Assembly (NCBI GenBank): GCA_963708575.1
Contig: CAVPTB010000003.1
Location: forward strand, 44,379 to 108,378
Reading direction: 5' to 3'
Source: an uncultured Acidobacteriaceae bacterium
GTDB taxonomy: Bacteria; Acidobacteriota; Terriglobia; Terriglobales; Acidobacteriaceae
DNA length: 64,000 nt
Shown here: piece after piece, positions 1 to 7,828 of the stretch
How positions within the stretch are numbered: the first letter of the stretch is position 1
Layout: each line of letters begins with the position of its first letter
The notes under the pieces: model-generated
Seen by the model: only the letters and a program-made list of their open reading frames with translations
Told to the model about the DNA's origin: nothing
Databases searched by the model: none
Translations under genes and position numbers: made by a program

Positions 1-241
1 CTCTGCCCCCGGTGATGGGAATGAGCGTCGTCATCATGCGAATGAGCGTGGACTTCCCTGCTCCGTTGGGACCGAGGAGGCCGAAGATTTCGCCTTCCTT
101 CACGTTGAACGTGACGTCGTCCACAGCGGTGAAGTCGCCGTACTTCTTGACGATGTGATCGACTTCGATGGCGGTGGGCACGTTGGGATCTTCGAACTTG
201 GTGAGTTCATTCATCGCGCCGTTCGGTTTGGAGGCCGCCAT
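1..241 (-). CDS. ABC transporter ATP-binding protein (N-terminal part; gene runs off the window start)
   Basis: Reverse translation from 241 gives MAASKPNGAMNELTKFEDPNVPTAIEVDHIVKKYGDFTAVDDVTFNVKEGEIFGLLGPNGAGKSTLIRMM..., with Walker A GPNGAGKST. The start ATG shares one base with the upstream HlyD stop (TGATG). Confidence 0.9.
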   Translation of the reverse strand, partial: MAASKPNGAMNELTKFEDPNVPTAIEVDHIVKKYGDFTAVDDVTFNVKEGEIFGLLGPNGAGKSTLIRMMTTLIPITGGR

Positions 242-1335
242 CATTGCTTCTCCGCTGAGGTGCCGTCGGTTGCGACGCCCTTGAGTTGCTCGGGTGAGAC
301 CAACACTTCGGCCGTCATGCCGGGAACGTAAGCGCCTTTCGGATTGTCGAGGCGAACCTTGAGAACGATGGTCTTGATGTCGCGCTTGCGACGGTTCACG
401 TCGCGCTGCGTGGCGAAATCCGCTTCGGCCGACTTGAAGAACACTTTGCCTTGAACGACGGTTCCTCCGGGAAGACGGACCCGAAGCGTGTCGCCGAGGC
501 CGATGTGGTCAGAGTCGGTTTCGGGGATGGCGGCGCGCACCCAGGTGTCGCCGAGATCGACGATGGTCACGATCGCTTGACCGGCGTTGAGTACTTCTCC
601 TTCGCGGGCGGCGCGGACGGAAACCGTTCCGGTGACGGGCGCATAAATTTTGGTGTAGCCGAGACGAACTTCGGCCTGCTTCAGCAGGCTTTCAGCGTTG
701 GAGAGTTGAGCGCGGGTTGACTCGACCGTCTGATGAGCGGCGTGAGCCGTATTGGTGTTGGCGATAGCTGTATTCAGATCAGCCTGGGCCGCGCTGACTT
801 GCTGCTGCAAGGATTGGACGACGGCTTTCTGGGCTGCGAGATTGGTTTCGGCCTGGACGCGATCCTGATCGGAGGCGACGCCTTCTTTCGCCAGCTCGAT
901 CATGCGGCGGCTGTCACTCTCAGTGCGTTCGAGGGTGGCTTCAGCCTGAAGCAACTGCGCGCGAACGGAAGCAAGCCGGGCTTGGGCATTGGCGACGCTG
1001 CTAGTGGTCGAGCCTTGCATGGCTTGCAGCGTGGATTGGGTTTCCGCGACCTTGAATCTCTGGCTGTCGATGGTGGCGGCGGCGGCGCGTTCCTCGGCTT
1101 CGAGTTCAGAGGGATCGATGACCGCGATCAGGTCGCCTTGCTTCACCTGCGTGCCTTCGTCCACCAGCAGCTTTTGCAGGCGGCCTTCAATTTGCGGGCT
1201 GACGATGACCTGGTTCGAATCGACTGTGCCGATGAGAACGAGGTCGCGATTGCTGGGCGTGGAAAAGAAGTAGTATCCCGACGCGATGGCGAGAATAATT
1301 CCGATAAGAATTATGAATTTGTTGCGAACACTCAT
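241..1335 (-). CDS. HlyD-family membrane fusion protein / efflux adaptor
   Basis: 364-aa ORF with an N-terminal TM anchor, a long coiled-coil segment (AEATLERTESD..., QADLNTAIANT...) and a beta-barrel C-terminus. AAGGAG SD upstream. Translationally coupled to the ABC ATPase. Confidence 0.9.
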   Translation of the reverse strand: MSVRNKFIILIGIILAIASGYYFFSTPSNRDLVLIGTVDSNQVIVSPQIEGRLQKLLVDEGTQVKQGDLIAVIDPSELEAEERAAAATIDSQRFKVAETQSTLQAMQGSTTSSVANAQARLASVRAQLLQAEATLERTESDSRRMIELAKEGVASDQDRVQAETNLAAQKAVVQSLQQQVSAAQADLNTAIANTNTAHAAHQTVESTRAQLSNAESLLKQAEVRLGYTKIYAPVTGTVSVRAAREGEVLNAGQAIVTIVDLGDTWVRAAIPETDSDHIGLGDTLRVRLPGGTVVQGKVFFKSAEADFATQRDVNRRKRDIKTIVLKVRLDNPKGAYVPGMTAEVLVSPEQLKGVATDGTSAEKQ

Positions 1336-1504
1336 TTAGGCGCTCCTTGCGGCGGATAGGAATGACTTTGTGTCACGTCGTTGTTGAGCGTATCGACCTG
1401 CGGTCTGGCAGTCTCGGGCGAATCGGCCGGTGACGGCTGGGCACCGGCGGATTGGGGATCGTGGGCGAGTACATGCAAAATGTCGAAAAATTCCTGGCTC
1501 GGGC

Positions 1505-2182
1505 TCATCGCTGCACACCATGCTTTCTGGAGCCGGGCGATTGCAGAAGGACGGCAGAGACGAAATCGAGCACCGCGGCCCTTCGCTCCACGATCTTCTG
1601 GGGAGAGAGCGGGTCGATGCCACTGACCGTTTTCATCAGAGGAGCGCTGATGAAATAAAAGACCACCAGCGCCACCATGGACGGGATGAACTGTTGCGGA
1701 TCGATGGCGCGAAACTCGCCGGTAGCGATCCCTTCGCGAATGACTCCACCTAGTTTGACGTATAGGGGCTGAAAATATTGTTTGGCGATGCGCTGTAAAT
1801 GGGGCGAGCCATGGCCGGAGCGCATCATCTCCATTTGAATGAGATTACGATTTTCGCCGTGGCCGGCAATGAAGTCGAAATACGTGCCGACATAGTTGAG
1901 AACTTTGCGGGTGGGAGGAAGGTCCCTGTCGAGAGCTTCGAGGAGATGGCTGCTCATCTGCTGGAAGGCATAGTCGAGGGCGGCGCCATACAAGGTCTCT
2001 TTGTCTTTGTAGTAGTAGTAAAGCAGCGCTTTGTTGACGCGAGCGGTCTTGGCGATGGCGTCGGTGCGGGCTCCGGCGATGCCTTCCTGAGCGAACTCGC
2101 GGATAGCGGCTTGCAGGATGGCGGCGCGGGATTGTTCGGGGCGACCGCGGGAGCCGAGGCGGGGTTTGAGTTTGGCCGGCAT
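1505..2182 (-). CDS. TetR/AcrR family transcriptional regulator
   Basis: HTH signature RAAILQAAIREFAQEGIAGARTDAIAKTARVNKALLYYYYKDKETLY. Internal ATG (MPAKLKPRLG...) chosen rather than the TTG at 2269. Confidence 0.88.
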   Translation of the reverse strand: MPAKLKPRLGSRGRPEQSRAAILQAAIREFAQEGIAGARTDAIAKTARVNKALLYYYYKDKETLYGAALDYAFQQMSSHLLEALDRDLPPTRKVLNYVGTYFDFIAGHGENRNLIQMEMMRSGHGSPHLQRIAKQYFQPLYVKLGGVIREGIATGEFRAIDPQQFIPSMVALVVFYFISAPLMKTVSGIDPLSPQKIVERRAAVLDFVSAVLLQSPGSRKHGVQR

Positions 2183-2188
2183 ATTAAT

Positions 2189-2233
2189 TAACTGGTTAGT
2201 TAGATTGTATGGTAAGAGAGAGGACTGACGCAA
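2189..2233 (-). promoter_or_regulatory. Candidate tetR promoter (TTGCGT-18 nt-TACAAT) with inverted repeat TAACT-N4-AGTTA at the predicted transcription start
   Basis: Minus-strand -35 at 2228-2233, -10 at 2204-2209, palindrome arms at 2189-2193 and 2198-2202, just upstream of the tetR ATG. Pattern match only. Confidence 0.35.
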
Positions 2234-2354
2234 GCCCTGTTTGCAACCGCCCCACATGGAATCAAACAACAGTTAAAGTCCTTTACTTTCAATGCCTTTA
2301 GTGAGCTGGCGGACGGATCGGCTAACAGCGAATCTCACTGTGCGTCCAAAGGAC

Positions 2355-3436
2355 ATGCTTCGACCCGCGGCCTTGCTGCTTCTACTGTCTTCCCTGTTAG
2401 CGGCACAACAGACACCCTCACTGCCTTCGCCCACGGGGCCACATCTCGTCGGCAATTCGGCTTTTGCTGCGGATGGCGAAACCGTGATGGTCTGGTACCC
2501 GGCGCAGCAAGCCGGAACCGCTGCGCCCTACGCACCGAAGAGTCTGCTGGCCCGCATTGAGAAAGAGGGCTACTACGAGCAATCGGCCAGCACCATCGAA
2601 ACATGGGCCAACGTCAACACTCACGCGTATGCGGACGCAAAACCAATTGCGGATCGCGCGCCTTTGCTCATCTTTCTGCCGGGGCGGGAGTGTACGGCTT
2701 TCAGTACACAGCTCTGGCCGAGGAATTCGCCAGCCACGGATATGTGGTAGCGGTAGTGGATTATTTTTCTCTGCAGGCGCCCAAGCGCAGCTATGGCGAT
2801 GACGACTTTGCTGCCATGGAAAACGACATGGCGCGGGCGGCAATAGCGACCCTGAAGGCGCTGAGTTCAAGTGCGCAATGGTCCAGCCGGATTCGTCTGG
2901 ATCATGTTGGAGTCGCCGGGCATTCGATTGGTGGGGCGGCGGCGATCGCTGCCGCGCGTCTGGACCGGAGGTTTGTGGCTTCGGCTGACCTGGATGGCGC
3001 TCCTTTCGGAGAGTCGGTTCGCGGCGCGGCGTCGCCTGTGCTGGTTCTTCGCAGTAAGCCTATGTACTCCGATGCTGAACTTACCAAGCGTGGACGCTCT
3101 CGCGAACAGTGGGACAAGATGGGGCAAGAGGCGCGGAAAGTATGGACCGATTTCGAAGCGAAAAGCGGCGCTACGAAAGTGGAAGTCTGGTCGGTGCAGG
3201 GGACGGGACATTTCAGTTTCAGCGACGCTCCGTTCGTTATGCCAGACGCGATCACGCGCTTCGGAGGAAACACGACAACGGCTGAACGCGCGCAACAAGT
3301 GATCGCGGGCTGTCTGACGGAGTTTTTCGATGAGTATGTGGGATTGACTCATTCAGCGGGAAAAAGCACTCCCGGGAAATGTTCGGCTTTCCCGGAGATC
3401 GTGCCGGGGATTCCTCCGGAGGTACCTCATCGTTAG
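2355..3436 (+). pseudogene. Secreted alpha/beta hydrolase (lipase / PAF-acetylhydrolase-like, GHSIGG nucleophile elbow), frame-disrupted
   Basis: ORF 2292-2750 (signal peptide MLRPAALLLLLSSLLAAQQ ... PLLIFLPG) continues in ORF 2603-3436 in another frame (AGVYGFQYTALAEEFASHGYVVAVVDY ... GVAGHSIGGAAAI). The junction is in the G4 run at 2681-2684. Confidence 0.75.
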
Positions 3437-3444
3437 GTGTGGGG

Positions 3445-3580
3445 GAAGGCAAAAGCTATTACGACAAGGACACAGAAGCACGAGGCAAGATCAAGACTTT
3501 CACCACAAAGGACACTAAGGGAACACGAAGGAAGATCAAGGCCCCCCCCAGGGAACAGAGGGCGCGGAGGAATGCAGGTT
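3445..3580 (+). repeat. Family-1 intergenic repeat array (about 3 degenerate ~45-nt units; core CTTTCACCACnAAGGACACTAAGGrrCACGAAGGA)
   Basis: Contains ...ctttcaccacaaaggacactaagggaacacgaaggaagatcaagg..., purine-rich and T-poor on the plus strand. Lies between the convergent stops of the hydrolase and vapC. Confidence 0.8.
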
Positions 3581-3583
3581 AGG

Positions 3584-4000
3584 CTAGGCGAAGGGATTTT
3601 CAATTCGTATGCCGGCGATCAATTGTTGGGCATTCATATCTTCCGAAAGAATTCGCGTGGCTCCGGCTTTGGCGGCGGAGGCGACGATCAAGGCGTCCCA
3701 AAAACTGATGCGAGCTTCGTCCTCCAGGCGGAAGGCTACGGAGATCTCGGCTGAAGTTGTCTCGGTGGACCAGATGGAATAACTGTTGACCACGAGGCGG
3801 GCCACGTCTTTCGGCAGGGGCGCGGCGAATTTCCGAGTTACGTTCACATAGAACTCTTGCAACACTTGCGGGCTGAGAACGCCGGTGCGCTCGGTCCACA
3901 AAGTTCGCAGGACGGTTTTCGCGGCTTCATGCTTTGTCTTAGCGTCGGCGTCGTGAGCATAGATCAGGACGTTGGTGTCGACGAAGGTTCTATCGCTCAT
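3584..4000 (-). CDS. vapC: Type II toxin, PIN-domain ribonuclease VapC
   Basis: 138 aa, N-terminus FVDTNVLIYAHD (PIN acidic motif). 11-nt overlap with the upstream small antitoxin gene. Confidence 0.9.
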   Translation of the reverse strand: MSDRTFVDTNVLIYAHDADAKTKHEAAKTVLRTLWTERTGVLSPQVLQEFYVNVTRKFAAPLPKDVARLVVNSYSIWSTETTSAEISVAFRLEDEARISFWDALIVASAAKAGATRILSEDMNAQQLIAGIRIENPFA

Positions 4001-4226
4001 GCCATTGGTCGCGAGAGGCGGAAATCAGACCTCCGAGGTGAAAGCCTTGATCGAGCAGAGCCATGGCTTGGCGCTCAGCCCGTTCATAGGCCTCTTCCTC
4101 GCCTACCAAGAGCTCAATCTGCTGCGCCAGGAGGCCGGTAATGGAGGTCTCGCGCCTTGCGGCCAGGATCTTGGCTTTGCGGATCGTTTCTTTTGTCAGG
4201 CTAATCGTTATATTTTGCTTATACAT
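3990..4226 (-). CDS. vapB: Type II antitoxin (ribbon-helix-helix-like, VapB)
   Basis: 78 aa. N-terminal beta-strand/helix pattern NITISLTKETIRKAKILAARRETSITGLL. Overlaps vapC. Confidence 0.8.
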   Translation of the reverse strand: MYKQNITISLTKETIRKAKILAARRETSITGLLAQQIELLVGEEEAYERAERQAMALLDQGFHLGGLISASRDQWHER

Positions 4227-4236
4227 ACTGATATAT

Positions 4237-4270
4237 CACGTATATTACGTGTAACACGTTTTATGCGTGT
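4237..4270 (-). promoter_or_regulatory. Candidate vapBC operator: two ACGT-centred inverted repeats
   Basis: CACGTA-tat-TACGTG (4237-4251) and ACACG-N7-CGTGT (4254-4270), 11-44 nt upstream of the vapB ATG. A TTGACG hexamer lies just upstream on the minus strand. Confidence 0.4.
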
Positions 4271-4290
4271 TCGTCAAGTGCAGGTAAGGT

Positions 4291-4432
4291 CAAAGGCTTT
4301 CACCACCAAGGACACTAAGGGGCACGAAGGACAATCAAAAGCGTTACCACAGGGACACGGAGGAGCACGGGGTGGATCGGATGGCCTTTGCCGCCGAGAA
4401 CGCTAAGGAGCACGAAGGAGGATCAAGGGTTT
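4291..4432 (+). repeat. Family-1 intergenic repeat array (3 units), same orientation as 3445-3580
   Basis: Contains caaaggctttcaccaccaaggacactaaggggcacgaaggacaatc... and gcctttgccgccgagaacgctaaggagcacgaaggaggatcaaggg. Ends 12 nt before the hom stop codon. Confidence 0.8.
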
Positions 4433-4443
4433 GTCGTCGAGGG

Positions 4444-5712
4444 TTAGTCGGCGACACGCAGGATCAGGGTCCTGCCTTTCGGTTCGAGTTCGCTGACTTT
4501 CGGAAGTGCGGCGTCGATTTTTTCGCGGGAACCGGCGTGAGTCAGGATTCTTACCTGATGTTGGGTGGAGTTTCCTTTGGCCCATACGGCGGCGGCGCGG
4601 GCAACTTCGACTCCGTTGCGTTCGAGGACAGTGGTGATTGGCCCGATGGCGCTGGGATCGCCTACTTCGAAACGGAGATAGTGCTTGCTGGCGTAGTCGC
4701 GTTTGCTGGCCCCGATGTTGTTTTCCTGGACGGGACGGAATCCGCCTTGATGGCAGGCGATGTCGACCACGTCGGAGAGAACCGCGCTGGCACTGGGCAG
4801 CGGGCCTGCACCTTTACCGCAGAAGAGCATCTCGCCGACGGCGTCGCCGCGCAAGAGTACGGCATTGTTCTCGTTGCGGACGGAAGCGAGTTGATGAGCT
4901 TGCGGGAGAAGCACTGGCGCAGCACGAAGCGCGACCGAGTTATCGGATAGTTCGGCGGTGGCGATGTGCTTGATGACGTATCCGAGATCGGCAGCGGCCT
5001 GGACGTCATCGGCGGTGATTCCGGAGATACCTTCGACCTGCACCATGTCGTTGGCGACCTGGGCGTCGAAGGCAAGCTCGGCAAGGATTTTAAGTTTCTG
5101 CGCGGCGTCGTGGCCTTCCACGTCGAGTGTGGGGTCGGCCTCGGCAAAACCCTTGGCTTGGGCCTCACGCAAGGCAGCATCGAAACCGAGCTGGTCGTCC
5201 GTCATGCGGGTGAGAATGTAGTTGCAAGTGCCGTTTAAAATCCCGCTGAGGCTCTGGATGTTATTTCCCACCAGGCCATTGCGCAGGGCGCGAATGATGG
5301 GAATGCCGCCGCAAACGCTGGCTTCAAATCCCAAGCGCAGGTTGGCGGTCTCGGCAGTTTTCATCAAGGCGAAACCGTCGAGCGCGAGCAAGGCTTTGTT
5401 GGCGGTGACCACGTGTTTGCCACCGGCCAAAGATTCCTGAATGAAGCTACGGGCAGGCTCGATTCCGCCGACGAGTTCGACGACCAGGTCGCAACCATTC
5501 TGCAGGACTTTGGACGGATTGGTAGTGAGCAGAGCGGGATCGACTCCGGGACGCTCCTTGGCGAGATCGCGAACCAAAATCCGGGTAATGCTCAGGTCGA
5601 CACCAGAACGCTGACGAATCAGGGAGACATTCCGGCTAACAAGCTCAACCAAGCCGCGTCCCACGTTGCCGCAGCCGAGCAATCCGATTTTTAGTTTGCG
5701 TACCGCCATCAA
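4444..5712 (-). CDS. hom: Homoserine dehydrogenase
   Basis: 422 aa. NAD-binding N-terminus KIGLLGCGNVGRG, catalytic-domain motifs, C-terminal ACT-like domain. Confidence 0.95.
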   Translation of the reverse strand: MMAVRKLKIGLLGCGNVGRGLVELVSRNVSLIRQRSGVDLSITRILVRDLAKERPGVDPALLTTNPSKVLQNGCDLVVELVGGIEPARSFIQESLAGGKHVVTANKALLALDGFALMKTAETANLRLGFEASVCGGIPIIRALRNGLVGNNIQSLSGILNGTCNYILTRMTDDQLGFDAALREAQAKGFAEADPTLDVEGHDAAQKLKILAELAFDAQVANDMVQVEGISGITADDVQAAADLGYVIKHIATAELSDNSVALRAAPVLLPQAHQLASVRNENNAVLLRGDAVGEMLFCGKGAGPLPSASAVLSDVVDIACHQGGFRPVQENNIGASKRDYASKHYLRFEVGDPSAIGPITTVLERNGVEVARAAAVWAKGNSTQHQVRILTHAGSREKIDAALPKVSELEPKGRTLILRVAD

Positions 5713-5784
5713 TCACGTCCTTCAGAATTTCAGGGCCCACTCTAAACGCAAAGAGCGCGTTGAGAGTGGGGCATCCAAACCAGG

Positions 5785-6066
5785 TTAAGTCGCCCCTCCT
5801 GCAATGGAAGGCACCAAGAGGACTTCGTCGCCGTCCTGAAAGGCGTACTCGTTGCCTCCCAGGAATCGAATGTCTTCTTCATTCACGTAGACGTTGAGAA
5901 AGCGCCGGACCTGTCCGGCGTCGTCGCGCAGATGCGGCTTGAGTTCCGGGAACTGGGTATCGAGCACGGAAAACAGGTCAGCCAGATTGGCCGGCGAACA
6001 TTCGACTTTGCCGGTGCCTCCGGTATGGCGGCGCAGGGCTGTCGGAATTTGAATTGTGACTGTCAT
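5785..6066 (-). CDS. MoaD/ThiS-family sulfur carrier protein (C-terminus ...SIAGGAT)
   Basis: 93 aa with a ubiquitin-like beta-grasp pattern and a di-glycine near the C-terminus followed by two extra residues. Its start abuts the stop of the ThrC-like gene. Confidence 0.85.
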   Translation of the reverse strand: MTVTIQIPTALRRHTGGTGKVECSPANLADLFSVLDTQFPELKPHLRDDAGQVRRFLNVYVNEEDIRFLGGNEYAFQDGDEVLLVPSIAGGAT

Positions 6067-7336
6067 TTACGCCTCCACCGTTTCCGGAATTTCGCTTTCG
6101 CGACGATCCAAAGTGTTTGCCAGGAATGCTTCGAAATCAGCCAAGCGCGGCCGGATGGGCTCGGCCGACTGGTATTTGCCTTCGAGAACGTCGGTGGTTT
6201 TCAGGCCGTTGCCAGTGATGCAGAGGACTGTGGTCTCCTGGGGAGAGATCCGGCCTTGTTCGTAAAGCTTGCGGGCGCAGCCCACGGTAACGCCGCCGGC
6301 AGTCTCGGTAAAGATGCCTTCGGTTACGGCGAGGAGCTGGATGGACTCGACCACTTCGGGGTCGGAAACATCCTCGGACCAGCCGCCGCTGTTGCGAATC
6401 GTCTTGATGGCGTAGTGGCCGTCCGCGGGATTTCCGATGGCGAGCGAACGGGCGATGGTGGAGGGCTTTTGCGGCTCGATCTCGGCACGCGCCATTTTTA
6501 ACGGCGGTGGAAATCGGCGAACATCCGGTGGCTTGAGCACCGAAAATCTTTACCTGCTTCGGTTCGACCAGGCCGAGGTGGATGAGTTCGTCGAAGGCTT
6601 TCTTGATCTTGGTGATGAGCGACCCGCCGGCCATGGGAACTACGACGTTGTCGGGCAAGCGCCAACCGAGTTGCTCGGCGATTTCGTAGCCGACGGTCTT
6701 CGATCCCTCGGCGTAGTAAGGCCGGAGGTTGACGTTGACGAATCCCCAATTGCGCTCGTCAGCGATCTGCGAGCAGAGGCGATTCACCTGATCGTAGCTA
6801 CCGGCAATGCGGACGAGATTCGCGCCAAAAACCTGAGTGCCTAAAATCTTGGCGGGCTCAAGATCGGCGGGAATGAAGATCCAGGCCTTGAATCCATTGC
6901 GGGCAGCCTGCGCGGCAACAGAGTTGGCAAGGTTTCCGGTAGAAGAGCACGCGACGGTGTCGAAGCCGAAGGCGCGGGCCTGCGACAATGCGACTGCGAC
7001 CACGCGATCTTTAAAACTCAGGGTGGGCATGCAGACGGCGTCGTTCTTCACGTAGAGATTGGTTGAGCCGATGGACTTGGCTAACTGCGGAGCGCACAGG
7101 AGTGGCGTGAACCCGGCGGGAACGCTGGGCTGGTAGTTCTCCGGTAATGGCAGCAGCTCGGAGTATCGCCACATATTGGGGGCGCGTGAGGCGATGTGTT
7201 CACGAGTGAACGTGGCACGCACCGCGTCATAGTCGTAGAGAACTTCAAGGGGGGAGAAACAATCGTCACAAATCGACCGGGGCTGATTGCCCCAGTTCTT
7301 GCCACATTCCCGGCAACGCAATTCGTAATGAGCCAT
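6067..7336 (-). pseudogene. Threonine synthase-like PLP enzyme with N-terminal zinc ribbon, frame-disrupted (or indel error)
   Basis: ORF 6137-7336 (CRECG...CDDC zinc ribbon, PLP-lysine motif PTLSFKDR, ...GCSPISTAVKNG) continues in ORF 6067-6540 in another frame (ARAEIEPQKPSTIARSLAIGNPADGHY...). The junction is at the A5 run (plus-strand T5 at 6495-6499). Confidence 0.85.
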
Positions 7337-7395
7337 CTTGCTACTCGCTTTCTAATTCGAGCGAATAGCCGGGGACGAGCCGGAAAGAGTCCCCC

Positions 7396-7440
7396 AAAAC
7401 AACAAAGGCCTCTTTTTCCGGGAATAGGGGGAAAAGAGGC
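7396..7440 (-). terminator. Intrinsic terminator, expression platform of the SAM-I riboswitch
   Basis: Minus-strand RNA GCCUCUUUUCC-loop-GGAAAAAGAGGC followed by CUUUGUUGUUUU. Located between the aptamer and the ThrC-like start codon. Confidence 0.6.
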
Positions 7441-7474
7441 ATCGGAATGCAAAAATAAAGCTCGCATCCGAATC

Positions 7475-7581
7475 TCATGTACCCTGTTTCCAGGAGAGAG
7501 TTGGCACCTGCAACCGGAATGTATGATCCCGGATCGGTTGCCGTGGCGTCATAGGGCTCGTCCCTCAGCCACTCTGCATGA
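7475..7581 (-). promoter_or_regulatory. SAM-I (S-box) riboswitch aptamer
   Basis: Minus-strand RNA UCAUG-CAGAG-UGGCUGAGGGACGAGCCCUAUGACGCCAC-GGCAACC...GGUUGC-AGGUGCCAA-CUCUCUCCUG-GAAA-CAGGGUA-CAUGA. It has P1 UCAUG/CAUGA, the conserved GAGGGA, GCCC, AUGA, GGCAACC and GGUGCCAA blocks, and P4 with a GNRA loop. Confidence 0.75.
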
Positions 7582-7619
7582 AATTCAGGTTTGCTCCGAA
7601 GAGCAAACTTGTTCACATG

Positions 7620-7648
7620 ATAGTAGCGAGGGGGTGGGAAGGTGTCAA
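7620..7648 (-). promoter_or_regulatory. Sigma70-type promoter TTGACA-17 nt-TACTAT driving the riboswitch leader
   Basis: Minus-strand -35 at 7643-7648 and -10 at 7620-7625. The predicted start is about 30 nt upstream of P1. A perfect 8-bp UUCG hairpin (7589-7608) lies in the leader. Confidence 0.5.
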
Positions 7649-7828
7649 GAAGGAATGCTCCGGCGAAGGCTAGGAACCGTAAGTGCAGACAACTCAGCAG
7701 GATAGGGGAGAGCGGCGGGCGACAGCTGCATGTCGGCCGCATCTTTGTGATTTCATCTCTCGGGGGTCTTCGCAGCTCAGGGCGGTTTCAAACAAGTACC
7801 CCAAAAGAGCTGCCCAAGGATATTGCGG

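Noticed and set aside
3379-4406. ORFs 3379-3582, 3437-3754 and 3972-4406, which translate to FTTKDTKGTRRK / TKDTKGHEGQSK-type peptides
   Set aside because: They are translations of the 9-nt-periodic family-1 repeat and overlap the well-supported vapBC genes. They have no start context, and the same pseudo-peptides recur at every repeat locus.
3445-4432. Possible CRISPR array, suggested by tandem ~45-nt units on both sides of a small gene pair
   Set aside because: The units are degenerate copies of one another with no unique spacers. There are only about three per side and no cas genes, and the same element occurs singly at many intergenic sites.
6485-6500. Programmed ribosomal frameshifting in the ThrC-like gene
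   Set aside because: There is no X-XXY-YYZ slippery heptamer (only an A5 run) and no obvious downstream stimulatory structure. Other genes in the window carry similar unprogrammed-looking breaks.
7341-7742. 133-aa ORF upstream of the ThrC-like gene
   Set aside because: It spans the promoter, SAM-I aptamer and terminator. Its sequence composition is not protein-like, and the region is better explained as a structured leader RNA.
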